A DNA stretch of 62,180 nt, counting the filler. It is 10 parts of 10 records of this genome, joined end to end, with 100 filler letters (N's around TTAATTAATTAA, not from the genome) between each part and the next. Parts side by side here need not be neighbours in the genome. Positions count along the whole stretch, not along the records: positions 34,038 to 37,819 come from SRR15195285_2645; positions 37,920 to 43,859 come from SRR15195285_2651; positions 43,960 to 47,078 come from SRR15195285_2653; 7 more parts are not named here. One strand, written 5' to 3'. The notes beneath the pieces were generated by a model, which was given only the letters and a program-made list of their open reading frames with translations, was not told the DNA's origin and searched no databases. Of this stretch, positions 34,687-47,178 are shown piece by piece. The translations under genes and the position numbers were made by a program. Position 1 is the stretch's first letter. Every line of letters starts with the position of its first letter.

Positions 34687-35903
34687 ATGGGGTGCGGCGC
34701 GTCGACGAGCAATCCGCCGCTGTCGGCCACGAAGATGCGGCTGATTAGCGAGATGCCGGAGGACAAGCGGCGCGCGTGCGAGCAGGTCTTCTCCAGCCTC
34801 GACAAGGATGGCAATGGCTCCATCACGCTCGAGGATTCGATTTGGGCGAAACCGTTCTTGGACGCGCACGACATTGACGGCGACGGCCGGGTGACTCTGG
34901 TGCGCTCGATACCGCCCGCGCTATTGTCGTGCCATGCCTCGCTGCTTAGCTATGGCCGGACACCCAACGCGCAGACCGCTCGGTTCTGCAGAGCGTGGAG
35001 GGCCTCGCGCCGCTCGCACCATCACGCCTACTCACCGCTGCACCTGCGTGCCGCCAACCGCAGAACGAGTACCTCTACGCCTGCTGTAGGCGGCTTCGCG
35101 ACGACGCGGACTGGAATCCGACGGAGTCCGCGCTTGAGCAGCGGAGAGGCGCCATGGGCACGGAGGGCAAATACCTCATCCTTGGCTTAGCGGACGCGGG
35201 CAAGCGAACGCTGCTCAAGCACCTCGCAATCGGGGATTTGGAGACATCGGATGATGGAAAGGTGACGAGCATCACGTATAAGGGCATTCAGCTGCTCGTG
35301 AGTAGCTGCCACCGCAGAGCTGCCGCAGCCGCTGCCGAGCTGCACCTCTTGCAGCCGGCGCACCTCGACTCGGTGTGGCCGTCAGGTGCTACTCGGAATC
35401 TCCTCACCACTTCTGTTCGCTGCTCCGCAGGCTTGGAATCTGGGTGGGAAGGATTACCGTGGAGATCTGGGCTACGAGGAGGAGACGGCAGGAGTGACCG
35501 GGATCATGTTTATGGTGGACTCGGCAGGCGGCGCGAGCCGGGGCTCTGCTTATCCCAAGGTGCAGAAGCAGCTTTTCCAGATGCTGGAGACTGACTGGTG
35601 CCGGAAGCTCAGCAATTTGAAGATAATTATCATGGCCAACAAGCAGGACTTTGTAAGCTAGATCAAGCTCAAATGCCACGCAGCCAACCATCTCTGCATT
35701 CTCGCCGCCTGCCTATGCTGCCTTTGGTGTCGCTGACCACCACTGGCTCGTAGGGCGACGCTTCCACTATCGGCGAGGTGACCCACGAGTTAGATCTCGA
35801 AACGGCTGAGAGTCGCTTTCCCAACATCCAATTTAGCATTCAGGGCTGCTCGTGTGAGCTCGGAAACGGGATCTTCGAGGCGTTTACTTGGTTGACGCAG
35901 TGA
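34687..35903 (+). CDS. Putatively N-acylated EF-hand + divergent Arf/Arl-like GTPase fusion, 4 exons
   Basis: Exons 34687-34899, 35064-35297, 35431-35652 and 35754-35903. MGCGAS start; EF loops DKDGNGSITLED and DIDGDGRVTLNE; GLADAGKRT, AWNLGGK, FMVDSA, ANKQD and GIFEAFTWL. Confidence 0.8.
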
Positions 35904-36122
35904 ACGGGGATAACATCTATCCCTGCGCTTCTCACTGAGTGATAGAGATGCATCAATGAAGAGAAGCTCCCGGCGGGCTTCGCAATGTAGCCAGATTCTC
36001 GAAACAATCACATTGGCTAACAGATGTATAATCTCCAAGGTACAGCTAGATGCTTCAGGCGCTCAACGTTGATGGCGTTAACTTTAGATAAGCAGTGCCC
36101 GCAACTGCGGCCAAGTTGCTGC

Positions 36123-37629
36123 TCACGAGCTGTGTCTCACCGTCAACCTTGATTGCTTTGCCACCGAACAAGTCTGCTTGTGCCCAGACGTCACGAACCA
36201 TGTAGCTTCCATGCGCAATTTTCGCCGACTCGAGACAAGCATCGTTGCACGCTGCTCACCAACCAAAGAAATCAGCGTCAGCAACATCGCCCACAACTCA
36301 GCGGCTCGTTGCAAACCGAGCCGGCTAGCGCTTCACGAAACGGCTATGTATGGGTGGCCGCCAGCGTACCTCCGCAGTTCTTGTCCATCTTCGGGTCGCA
36401 GGCTGTCGTGTTGGCGTTGAGGAACAGCAGTGCGGTGGCACCCTTCTGCTTAGGGTCCTTCAGGTTCCGTGCCCAAATGGACATACCACCTCCCATGCTT
36501 GCCTCAGGGAGGTCGGCGCCGTAGACGCGTCGTCCGCCGAAAGAGCCACGCCCTGTCTCCACCGCACCAAACCGTGAGAGCAACTGTCTGGAACCGCACG
36601 CTGGTATCCGCTGATAACATGGCAGAAGAGCGACTCATTGGAAGCACACCATCGATTGTGCTGTCTTGGTTGATAGCGATGATCTCAGGGTTGGCATATG
36701 TAGCTTTTAATCGCGAATCGGTGTGCAGCAGCCGTACGTCGAAGGAGAGCAGAAGTGGCGCGCCGAGGATCGACCAGAGGGCGTACTGTGCGCGAGAATT
36801 CTCCGGCTCTGGGTCACAAAACGAGCCAGTGCAGTACGCCAACACACCAGCACCCTTGCACTTGGGCTCATTGTCGCCGCCGACGGCGGCGTAGGAGAAC
36901 AGCAGGTCTGGGTCGGGCCAGGCTCCTGCGACCGAGTAGTTGCCGCCGTACTCGGCCATCAGATTAATGGCCTTGGCAGTACCGAAGGTGCCGTTGCCCC
37001 ACTGACGGACGTCGCTCGCGATGCGGCAGGCGTTGGCGAGATCCGCACACGCGGGACCCACCCAGGGCATCTTGTTGCCAATGCCACCACCAGGCGGTGA
37101 ATGACCGCAGGTCGAAAAAAATATTGGGCGGCCGGTTGCGTTGAGAGCGTCACGAATCTTCGCATAATCTGCGGCGGCACCAGCGGCGGTCTTGGGCGTA
37201 CCCGACATGTCGTCGACCTTGAGATAGTCTGCGCCAACGCTGGCCAGGTACTTCGCGTCGTCAACTTCGTGGCCCTTCATTCCGAGCCCAGCGCCGGAAA
37301 AGTCGTGAGTTCCACGATCCGAATACAATCCGAGTTTCAGGCCGCGAGCGTGGAGCCAGTCAGCAAGCACCTTCATGCCGGACGCTGCGCAGTGGACCGC
37401 GGCCCCTCAGTGGCAGCTCGCAGCAGTAAGACAGAGCACGAGCAAGAGCCGAGACTCACGGAACTTAGTTGGGCTCTCGTAGAGCGTGCCGTTCGGGTGG
37501 CGCCCGCCCATCCAGCCACAGTCGGAGTTGACGTACACGAAGCCCAGCTTCTGCAGGCCCGTGTCAATCAGCGCCTGGCCCTGCTCCTTCATCGTCGTCT
37601 CGTTGGCGCAGCAGCCGACGTGGTCGTAC
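36123..37629 (-). CDS. GH27 alpha-galactosidase/alpha-N-acetylgalactosaminidase, multi-exon, 5' truncated
   Basis: YVNSDCGW, GMKVLADWLHARGLKLGLYSDRG, DYLKVD (nucleophile), RIASD (acid/base), WPDPDLL, APLLLSFD and NPEIIAINQD. Confidence 0.9.
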
Positions 37630-37709
37630 CTGCAGTCCGTCCACCGCACAGACAGCAGTTCTCCCGGTCAAACCACAGCACGTGCGACGTCGGGCAAGAT
37701 CAAACTAAG

Positions 37710-37819
37710 CACACACACAGACAGCAAGACAGGCAGGCAGGCAGGCAGCCAGGCAGGCAGCCAGACAGCCAGCCAGACCGACCGACAGGCAGCCAGCCAG
37801 GCAGGCAGGCAGGCAGGCA
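37710..37819. repeat. Imperfect (GCAG/CCAG)n microsatellite in an intron at the contig end
   Basis: Directly visible tetranucleotide repeats. Confidence 0.85.
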
Positions 37820-37920
37820 NNNNNNNNNNNNNNNNNNNNNNNNNNNNNNNNNNNNNNNNNNNNTTAATTAATTAANNNNNNNNNNNNNNNNNNNNNNNNN
37901 NNNNNNNNNNNNNNNNNNNT

Positions 37921-39750
37921 AGAGTCAGCGCGGGCGCGGTGCAGCAGCAGCAGCAGCCAGCCACCAGCTGCGGCACAGGTGGGGCTCTGAAGCATGTGGC
38001 TGTGCACATCTTCAGCGATATGGAGCAGGCTGACTTGCTTGGAGAGTCGTTCCGGACAGATCAGCAGGTGGTTGCTGAGCTGGAACCGCACAGCTCTTTG
38101 CAGACTGCCAGCGTTGTGCTGGATCTCGAGGGATCTAACAGCAATCGGGCAAATGACAACTGCAGGAACCTCGCTACAGACGCATCGCAGGCCGAAGTTG
38201 TGGATCGCTTCAGGGCCGTGAGAATTTGGGCGCCACACCGTGTCTTGTCACAGTTCGTGATAGACACTTGCCGCGCGTGCCTTCCACTAACTCCTGCGCC
38301 CGAGCCACGCGAGCAACACGACCGGCACTGCTCAGTATCGTCTGCGGCACTCGATAATGGCCGACCAGGTGTCGTGTTAGGAGCCAACAGCACCATTCTC
38401 GATCTCAATGCTGGAACAGGCGTGTGTGGCGTGTTTGCTTCGCACGCATTAGCAGCGATGGGTAACGACGGTCACGTGTACCTGGCCGACCGTTGCACGG
38501 CTACACTTCCACTGCTTGAGCTCAACACCGGGCTGAACAAATACAGACGACGCACAAGCGTTTGCAAGCTCGGCTTAGCGCCTCTTGCCAAGCCATCGGC
38601 ACGTTTTGAGTTGCAAGGTGTTGGTGGGGTAGTTGCCCCCAAAGATGCGTCTATTGATGCGATCATTTCTGTGCTCGACTCATTTGACGATGATGACGGC
38701 AGAGGCACCAAAGTAAATCAGCTTTGGAGTGTAATTCATCGGTACCTGTCCACGTCTCCGAGTGCTTGGGTAGCATTGGCGTGTGTTGAAGCTAGTACCT
38801 TGCATATGTGCGAGGATGGTGAGGTTGTTGGCATCAAGCGGAAGTCGCGGCCCGAGTGTGACAGTACGAACATTTGCGGGCACGAGTCGCTGTCAGAGGT
38901 TGCGAGGTGGGTGCTTGGGGAGGCCAGCCCCCATGGATTCGAGTTGCACCACTCCCAGCCAACAGTTCGTTGTTTACCTGGCGCACACCGAGAACGGAGT
39001 ATTAGGGTGCTTGTGTTCATCAGGAAGCGATCACATCAGCCACAGCCAACAGACAGTGTGCTTGCTCCAGCCTTTGCCGCTGTAGCATCGCGGTTGTCGT
39101 CACTCTCGCGTGCACTGTTGCTTGACCGCTGCGATCCCTCACATGTCAGGGCGGACGAATTGCTCGACAGCATCGATGCAATTTCTCCGTCGGACAGGGC
39201 TGCAGCACGCCTTGTGCTCCACGGCTCTGTCAATCGGGCAGTTCACCGAGTGATGGCGCTGGACGCAACACAGTGTGAAGTGCTTTGCGATTACTGTCGG
39301 GGTCATCTTCAGATGGAGCCAGATAGTGTCGACGGCGCACCAGATTCTCAGGTGCAGCTGACATTAGCGGAACTTCGAAAATTGCTCGGCTCTGAGACTA
39401 CGCGAGACCTATTGCGGCTCCCTGCTGTGGCAGGCCTGATGGAGGAAGCTCAGTGGAGTGGCGCAGTTGACTGCTTTCTCCGTCGGTACACTGCACGAAC
39501 TCGACCATTCATTCCCTTCCACTGCGATGGTGCAGCTGCAACAGTGAACGTCGCATTAACCCCCAGTGGGATTGGGGGAGAGCTGTTGTGTTTGCATTCG
39601 GGCAGGGTGATTGTCGAGCAGCGGTGTCAAGGGGAGGCGACTGTGCACCCTGCAGGGCTACTCCACGGGGTGACGCGACTGGAAACCAGCGCGCAAGAAC
39701 GCTTCACTATGATACTTTTCTTTGAGCCACCACCGGTGCAGGCCAAGTAA
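37921..39750 (+). CDS. Class I SAM methyltransferase (family-16-like) fused to a 2OG-Fe(II) oxygenase; 5' end uncertain or truncated
   Basis: RIWAP...ILDLNAGTGVCG...VYLAD...LLELN in the N-terminal half. FLRRY...FHCD...TVNVAL...GGEL...LLHGVT...RFTMILFF in the C-terminal half (HxD...H...R). Confidence 0.75.
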   Translation, partial: RVSAGAVQQQQQPATSCGTGGALKHVAVHIFSDMEQADLLGESFRTDQQVVAELEPHSSLQTASVVLDLEGSNSNRANDNCRNLATDASQAEVVDRFRAVRIWAPHRVLSQFVIDTCRACLPLTPAPEPREQHDRHCSVSSAALDNGRPGVVLGANSTILDLNAGTGVCGVFASHALAAMGNDGHVYLADRCTATLPLLELNTGLNKYRRRTSVCKLGLAPLAKPSARFELQGVGGVVAPKDASIDAIISVLDSFDDDDGRGTKVNQLWSVIHRYLSTSPSAWVALACVEASTLHMCEDGEVVGIKRKSRPECDSTNICGHESLSEVARWVLGEASPHGFELHHSQPTVRCLPGAHRERSIRVLVFIRKRSHQPQPTDSVLAPAFAAVASRLSSLSRALLLDRCDPSHVRADELLDSIDAISPSDRAAARLVLHGSVNRAVHRVMALDATQCEVLCDYCRGHLQMEPDSVDGAPDSQVQLTLAELRKLLGSETTRDLLRLPAVAGLMEEAQWSGAVDCFLRRYTARTRPFIPFHCDGAAATVNVALTPSGIGGELLCLHSGRVIVEQRCQGEATVHPAGLLHGVTRLETSAQERFTMILFFEPPPVQAK

Positions 39751-39885
39751 GGACAACAATAGGGAACGAACATGCTATCTATATCTTAGGTGGGGGGGAG
39801 TGCTCATGTTGGGTGCGCGGAAGAAGATGGCAGGAATTAAATGCTGCAAATGGGCTGCTCACTCCTTTCTCTAGAATTGAATTCA

Positions 39886-42800
39886 TTATAGCTCTACCTG
39901 GTACGCCTCACACCAGGTGTTTAACACCTGCTCACCTAGAAGCCATGATGCATTATTGAGCCGCAGTCTCACCACGGCGACATAGACTACTTCGACGACT
40001 GTCGGCTGTACCACCTCATGGCAGGCTGGTATTGTCCTCTTTCCTCTTCTTGCAGTGTGCCTGCATGTCGCCGAATGTGCCCTGAGGCCCAATGAATGCC
40101 AACGCTGGCATGTAGAACAGCATCGCGATCCCTGTGCATAGCAACGCCGTTTCAGAGTTCGTTTGTAAAAGAGTGCTGGAGTCGGAAACGAGGTGATTGA
40201 CATGCCGCGCACGCACCAATAGACGACGCGATCGTCACCATGATGAGGACACTGAATTTCACGAAAAATATGAGCTGAGTGAAAACGAGGAACAACCCAG
40301 ATCCGAACGTCGTAACGGCGCCGGAGAAAACAGTTCCACCCATGGACTTCAAAGCGAAAGTCACACGCTCCTCGCGGGTGTTGAGTGGCGGGTCACGGTG
40401 ACCAGCCTCAACGTAGACGTGTGAGAGGTGGACCACATAGTCAACGGAGAATCCGATCACGATCACCGCAGCGATCGATTCGGCAATACCAAGACCCCAG
40501 CCCATTGCCCAGTGGCAGAATCCAAGAACAGATGCAACGATACCCATCACGGCAACGATGGCGATCGTCGCCAGCCACAAGTTGCGCGTCGCAACAAGCA
40601 ACACCACATAGGCACACGGGAAGCAGATTGCGAACCCGACGAAGACATTGGTAACAAGTTGCGCCTCTGTGAAGGTCCAGGTCCAGAAGACTCCACCGGA
40701 GTGGATGATTGTGCCAATGCTCAAATTAGCTTCCGTCGCACTGGCTTCCAAACGTTCACATAGCTCGTCGAACGCCCAGAAGACTGGCTCAGTGATTGCA
40801 TTTGGTTGGAACTCCTGCAGCGTCGACCGAACTGAGATCTGTGCATACTTGAGCTTGACACCGCCGTCGTTGATCAGGCCGATCATGCTCATCGCGCTAT
40901 TCCCTGCAGGAGTGGTGTCACGGAAGCTCGTCACGTCAGCCAGGAATGAGCTCCCGGTGCATGCCTTGCCTTCGTCGGCACAGTACTCCTTGAACTGCTG
41001 CATCCAACACATGCCGTCTTTCCACACGTCGCGCCGAGTGCATGTGTTTTCCGCAGGATTCCATTTGCATGCCCCAGCCCCCTCACACGCATCTTGGCTG
41101 GCAGACGCACTACTGCATGCATTTTCGGCCCCGATGCACGTTTGTCCGTCAGGGGCACCACAAATCTCGTCCGATGTCAGGGGCATCACAAGGGTGTCAC
41201 CCAGACAACCCTCGAGAGTACATTTCTCGGCGATCAATGCATCGCAAGCATCCAAGAAGAATCGCTGTGCTGCTGGCGAGGAGAGATCGAAACTCTCGTC
41301 GAATTCAGTATAACCACGGTCTGACGCGTCCCAGAAGATTTTGTCTGAACGATCCATACCTTTCAGACCGAGAGCGATTTTTACAGGAATATACTGGTCT
41401 TCCGCAGCGGATGCAAATGTGGCCATACTGTCGACAATCTTTTGGTACATGTGGTCTTCAGGGAACCACTTCTCTTGCTCGGTCGGTGGCTCCAGTTGCA
41501 GTGCCATGGCGATGCAGAAGATGATGTAGATTAAACCAGAGATGCTCATGCAGCCGGCCACTGGCCGCTTGGTGATGCAAGGGGCGTACTTGTCCTTGAA
41601 AAAACGGTCCATCCCTCTCAGAATTTCCTCATCCTCCGCACCTTGTGCCGTTTGGTCTTTGCCTTCGACAAAGTTGTTCGTCTGTGCTGTGACCACAGCC
41701 GGCAGGCTGTACGGCTGCTGACAGCAGCAGACAGCTTCGTCGCGCTTGTGGCAAGCTGGGATGGAGATCAGGTTGATGCACTGCTCGACACCGCCGGGCA
41801 GTCGCGCACAGCAGCCGTAGAGCTTGTAGTGCCAGATCATCAGCACACACGGGAACAGAGTGATGGCGAGAATGTAATTCAAGAAGACCCCCAACGCAGC
41901 GTAGATCCCGAAGCTCGCGATCGGCATAATCGGCGAGACAGCTGTAGCCATGAAGGCCACGCAGGTAGTGCTTGATGTGGCACCCATAGCGTACACAGCG
42001 CGCTTGAAGGTCGCGTCGAGGCGGTCGGCCGTGTTCTTGTACTGGTTGATGGACTGGTTCCAGCCATCCATGAACACGAAAATGTCGTCCGCACCGATGC
42101 CAAGCACGAGGTAAATTGCCAGCACGTGCAGTTGGTTGAAGAATGTCACCTGGAAGACTCCGCGGTAAAAGAACAGTGCGAGGGGGAGAGTGAGCATAAT
42201 CTGCAACATTCCCAGACTACCGATGAAGAGTGTGCCCGTGTAAAATGCAATGTAGTAGTAGACAAACAAGATGGACGCCATGGTGAACGAGAGGTCTTGA
42301 TAGGAGATGCGGGTGAACTCCAGGTCCTGCATCGCGAAACCCCACCACATGACTTCAACGCACCCATCGCCTTTGCACGCCTCAGGTGGCATCAACGCTT
42401 CGGCACGCATTGCTGACGAAATGGCGCTGCCAGTTTGATCGAGGCCATAATAGCTGAAGAGCGCGCCCTCGAGATCATAGTAGAAGGTGCTGATCTTCTT
42501 CTGCTGCTCGTCTCCTTGCAGTGGACGGTCCGTGTATCCTTGCAGGGGCCAAGCCATGTAAATCAGCTCGCGAGTTTTCTTGACGTCCGGCGGAGCGGCG
42601 ATGGAGTCTGTCTCTGTGAACCGATCGCAGCGAAAGGGGCAGAGATCCTCCAGTTTTGTTCCGGTGGGTATTGTGTCAGGTTGGACTCCAGCGAGGCTGT
42701 TCAGCGCTGTAGCATCCGCGCTACAATCGAGTGCACCCAAGTCCACACTGTCCACAGCGACAGTAGACTCTGAGATGAATTTTACAGCTGCGTAACAGCC

Positions 42801-43794
42801 CTCAGTGAGTGCATTCTTCAAGTCACCCGGCGTGGTCATTGCTCCTCCGAGTTGTTTTACCAGGTGTGCGTGTTCTTCGCACCCTTGCGGCATTACGAGC
42901 TCAGTCTTGCCTTCCGGTGGCGACAGGTAGAATGTCATTGGCGAGGTTGGATCGGCAGCTGCTGCGCAGAGCAGATCGTGGGCGTAGTACTCCACGCGGT
43001 CCGCGTCGAGCAGCGTGCAGCGCGACGCCCCTCCTGCTGGGCACGTGTAGGATAGACCACGGGAGCCAGGTTGAGCGTCCATGTCAATGTGCTCGTCCCA
43101 GCGGAGCTCCTTCGTCGTGCCAGGGTCGGCGTGGGTGCAGGACTGCAAGTTGCCAGCCATGGTGGTTTGATCGAACGGGTAGAAGAGATCGCTGACCAGC
43201 GGCAGAGGACCGGTGGTGCAGTCGTCCTCAAAAGAGCCAGTGGGTTCGGCGGATGGGTTTTTGAGGAGGCACATTCCTGGGTACGCGTCTGTTCGCTTCG
43301 CCCCCACCGTGCCGGCGTAATCTGGCCGCCCGGCCGCGAATTGGTCCGCTTCGATCAGAAGGGCTTCGGCCTTGCATATGCTCTGGATATTCGCTGCGGT
43401 GAACACGTTCGGGCCGTCTGCTGTGAAAACCTGAAAGAACTTGTTGCGCTCCCCGAGGTTCGAGCGCTCCGGGACCTCTGTGGCGGCGGCGCCGCCGGGC
43501 TTTTCGATCATTTTCTCCGAGCTTGTGATCGCGTCCACCATGTTGGACGCCTGTGTCGACGAGATCGTGAAGTCGTAGTCTGAATTCGGTGTGAGCTCTG
43601 CCCACTGGCCGGCGATCATCACGAGCACCAGAATCACGAACATGTTGATCGCGAACATCTGCAGAGACAGCATCCGATCAGGCGGTACTGGCACTGGCAG
43701 ACGAGGCCGCGCGAGGGTGCGGCATACGAGAGGACAAGCGGTGCCACTCACGACGCAGGGGCGCGTGGCGACCAGCTCCGGGTATTTCCACATC
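39886..43794 (-). CDS. Dispatched/Patched/NPC1-family RND-type sterol-sensing-domain membrane protein, 5' truncated
   Basis: Two TM clusters with GIGADDIFV and GFSVDYVVH motifs and two large Cys-containing loops. Introns at 43659-43751 and ~40135-40216; last exon ends at 39886. Confidence 0.9.
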
Positions 43795-44292
43795 CTGCAG
43801 CAGCAACAAGCCAGCGAGCAGCAAGCCAGCGAGCAGCAGCAGCAGCAGCAGCAGCAGCANNNNNNNNNNNNNNNNNNNNNNNNNNNNNNNNNNNNNNNNN
43901 NNNTTAATTAATTAANNNNNNNNNNNNNNNNNNNNNNNNNNNNNNNNNNNNNNNNNNNNTGCCGGCGTCACTTAACATGCAATCGGCAGCGGATACTAGT
44001 ACGCGCGCGCTTTCGACGCTTGGATCCGGAGCGCACGCGTGCATGTGCGCGCGTGCGCGGGGACGCGCGGAGCAGGCCGCGCCGGCGGCGGCGCCGCGGG
44101 CGAGCTCCGTCTGCTACGGCGACGCGCACCAGGGAAGCAGGGTGCAGAGACGCAGGGTAGAGCAGAGAGCGAGGGACATAATCAATGTCACGGCGGTCTC
44201 TGCTCGGCCACCACGGTGGGCTTGCTGTCGCGTTTCTTAGGGGAGGAGCCTCAGCCTCCCATCGGCTGCCGCGCTCCACAGCACGCGCAAAT

Positions 44293-45093
44293 ATGGCACG
44301 CGCCAGTAGCGCGTGGCCGCGGCGCCCAGCTTGCCGTCTCTACAGCTTCGACCCCGCGGCAGCGCTGAGCACGACCGACAAGAGCGCAGCGGGAGCGGCA
44401 GAGCTGTGCGACCGGAAATTGCTCTACAAACTTGTACTTGTTCACATATAGTTGCCTAATGATGAAGTATGTATGATGGATGCCGAGTTCAGGTACGATG
44501 CGTGGGCGCTGACATACGACCAGACGCTGAGAGAATGGGGGTATGAGGCGCCAGAAAAGATCGCGGAGCTGCTTGCCGATCACCGTAGCGGCAGCAGTAT
44601 CCCGCTGCGCGCCCCGGTGCTTGATTGTGGCTGCGGCACGGGGCTGAGCAGCGAGGCACTCTCTGCCAATGGCTTCGAATCGATGTACGGTGTGGATGTC
44701 AGCGACGAATCGCTGGCGCTTTGCAAAACGAAAGGTCTCCATGAGGTGCTTGAGTTGTGCGAGCTGGACACTGAACCGCTACCATTTTCAACCGATATCT
44801 TTGGTGCGGTCGTGTGCGTGGGCGTTCTCTCATACGTCAAAGAGTTCGAGCACATCTTTGGAGAGTGGTGTCGGGCCACGCGGCCTGGAGGGCTGTGCGC
44901 TTTCACCACAAGAACTTGGGATGAGGACACAAACGGCATCCGGACAGCCGCAGAGCGCCTAGTGAGCCGCGGGAAGTGGAGGCAGCGCTATATGAGCGAT
45001 CCTTCACCGTACATGCCCAACAACCCCCTACCGGACGAGAGCTCGAAGCGTATCCGCTACCTCATCTATGAGGTGCTCAACGAGCAGAGCTGA
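44293..45093 (+). CDS. SAM-dependent methyltransferase, METTL27/WBSCR27-like, 2 exons
   Basis: Intron 44406-44492 gives ELYDAWALTYD; VLDCGCGTG, GVDVS and RATRPGG. Confidence 0.85.
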
Positions 45094-45225
45094 CTACATG
45101 TACAGTAGCCATGGGGTGAACGACCGCCGAACAAGCGTCGCCGGAAATTGGACGTTGAGGTGGTGCGACGCGGTAGCAACTGTAGTAGCAACTGCACGCT
45201 GAAGCGGTTTAAATTCCATGTTGCA

Positions 45226-47078
45226 CTAAAAGCCAGCAAATAGACGCTGAAACGACGCTGAGTCAGTACCTTCTAGTGTCTGCTTGTCTCTCTCACCAAT
45301 CGCAATTTCCATGCTCTGCATCGCACGGATGTAGTCCTGATGGTCGTACAACGCGTGCGCGTGATCCAGCTCCGCCTCCTGCCAGCTCCCACGACCAGTG
45401 TCCTTGATCGTCACCTCTGCCGCAGGCAACTGCGCATCAAACCGTTCCTTTGCTGCGTTGGACGCGGCCCGCTCGTCGCTTTTAGGCTTGAACTTGTTCT
45501 CGGCGTAGTTCGAGACGTCTTCGTCGTCCAAAACTGTCGGCACGCGATCTTTTGGCACAGCAGACCCTCGACGCTGCTCAAGATCTTCCCATGGGACCCC
45601 CTCGTAGAACGGCTCAGCCTTCAGTGCAGAGATCCCATCAGCTCCGCAGCCTCTTCGTAAGCTTGGCTCTTTGGCAAGAAGGCCGCCAATGAACTCCTGC
45701 GTCTGTGCAGGGACTACCACCTTAAGGCCCTCGCCCGCCTTGCTGAACACCGGTTTCTTCTTGAGAATTTCTTCAAAAATCTTTTCGGCATCATTCGCGT
45801 ACCTTTTACTACGTGGCTCGAATGGGAATTTTCGCTGAAGCATCCGGTACAAGCAGATGCCTAGGGCCCATATATCTGCTTCCAGCCCATGACCTTGCCC
45901 TTGGATAACCTCTGGCGCCATGTACTTGGGAGTACCACACACAGTAAAGGTGCGCTCGCCCGGGTGGAGGAGCTTCGCACAACCAAAGTCTACGAGTTTG
46001 ATGTGGCCAGCTTCATCCAGGACGACGTTGCTCAAATTGAGGTCGCGGTACACAATGCTGGTCTTGTGCAGGTATTCAAGCGCAAGGAGAAGCTCAGCGT
46101 GATAGAACCTCGCCTCAATCGAAAAACCAGCGGGGCAACGGAGTCCTGAGTCAGTAGTTGTTTCGAAAGCGTTTGATTTGATCGGCACGCGATCAATCTT
46201 AGCATATAGCTCGCCTCCACTCACGTACTCGAGCACGAAATAAAGGTTGTCAGAGTCCTGAAAGGTGCCATGCAGGTTCGCTATGAATGGGTTGTGCACG
46301 TGCTGTAGCAGGTGCTTTTCTGTCAGCGTACGCTCATAGCCATACTTCAATTTGCTTTGTCGCGAGGCGTTAGCCTGCGCCACCAGGCCATGCTTTGGAA
46401 TTCGCTTAATCGCGTAACGTTTTTTCGTGGTCTTGTGCTGTGCGTGGCGGACGCAAGCAAGCGTGCCTCTGCCAAGCACTGCGTCCAATTTAAAGTCAGA
46501 GAGGGTTGGTGCTGCTTCCGCAAAATCCATCATCTTGTCTACCGGCACCACGAGCTCGCTAAGCTCGGCTGCAATAGACTGCTGCTGCTGCTCTTGCTGC
46601 TGTGCACGCAAGGGCTCATCTTCAGATGTGGGAGCCACGTTTTCCGCGGGTTGCAGCTCTACCTCTGCTCGGGAGGAGGCATCTTCGTGTTCTGCAGGTC
46701 CTGCAGCTGCACCTGACAAGCTGTCCGAGGTTTGTGAGTGCACCTCTGCCTCAAGAGAAGCATCCTTGTGTTCTGCAGGTGCAGCAGCTGTAATTGGCGG
46801 ATCCATGCCCGGAAGGCACCAGACAGTGACCTGTGTCGCTTCGTTGTAGTAGTACGGGTTGCCAGTGCTCTCATCTAAATACTCCTGGTATATATCTCCT
46901 GTCTCGGAATTCTTGCAGTATGAACTGGAGCCGTCCGGGTAACGGCGCCAGACGGTGCTACCAGGTATGGCCTCACTGCTGGTGGTCATTTCGGCCAGAG
47001 CTATTTTCTCTGCAGTGGCTCGTTGTTTCGCTATTGCTGCTGCGTTTGCTGTGTCCACTGTGTCTGTTGCTGCTGCTG
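45226..47078 (-). CDS. WW-domain AGC (PKA-like) Ser/Thr kinase, 5' truncated
   Basis: WW-like YQEYLDESTGNPYYYNEATQVTVW; LGRGT, YAIK, YRDL, DFG, TVCGTPKYMAPE and DIWALG; C-terminal FAGF hydrophobic motif. Confidence 0.9.
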
Positions 47079-47178
47079 NNNNNNNNNNNNNNNNNNNNNN
47101 NNNNNNNNNNNNNNNNNNNNNNTTAATTAATTAANNNNNNNNNNNNNNNNNNNNNNNNNNNNNNNNNNNNNNNNNNNN

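Noticed and set aside
39886-43794. Dispatched/Patched-like gene as evidence of Hedgehog signalling
   Set aside because: This RND/SSD family is widespread in protists that lack the Hedgehog pathway.
43795-43859. (CAG)n / poly-Gln tracts at contig ends (also 9543, 47078, 47179)
   Set aside because: Ordinary microsatellites that explain the assembly breaks; several are intronic.
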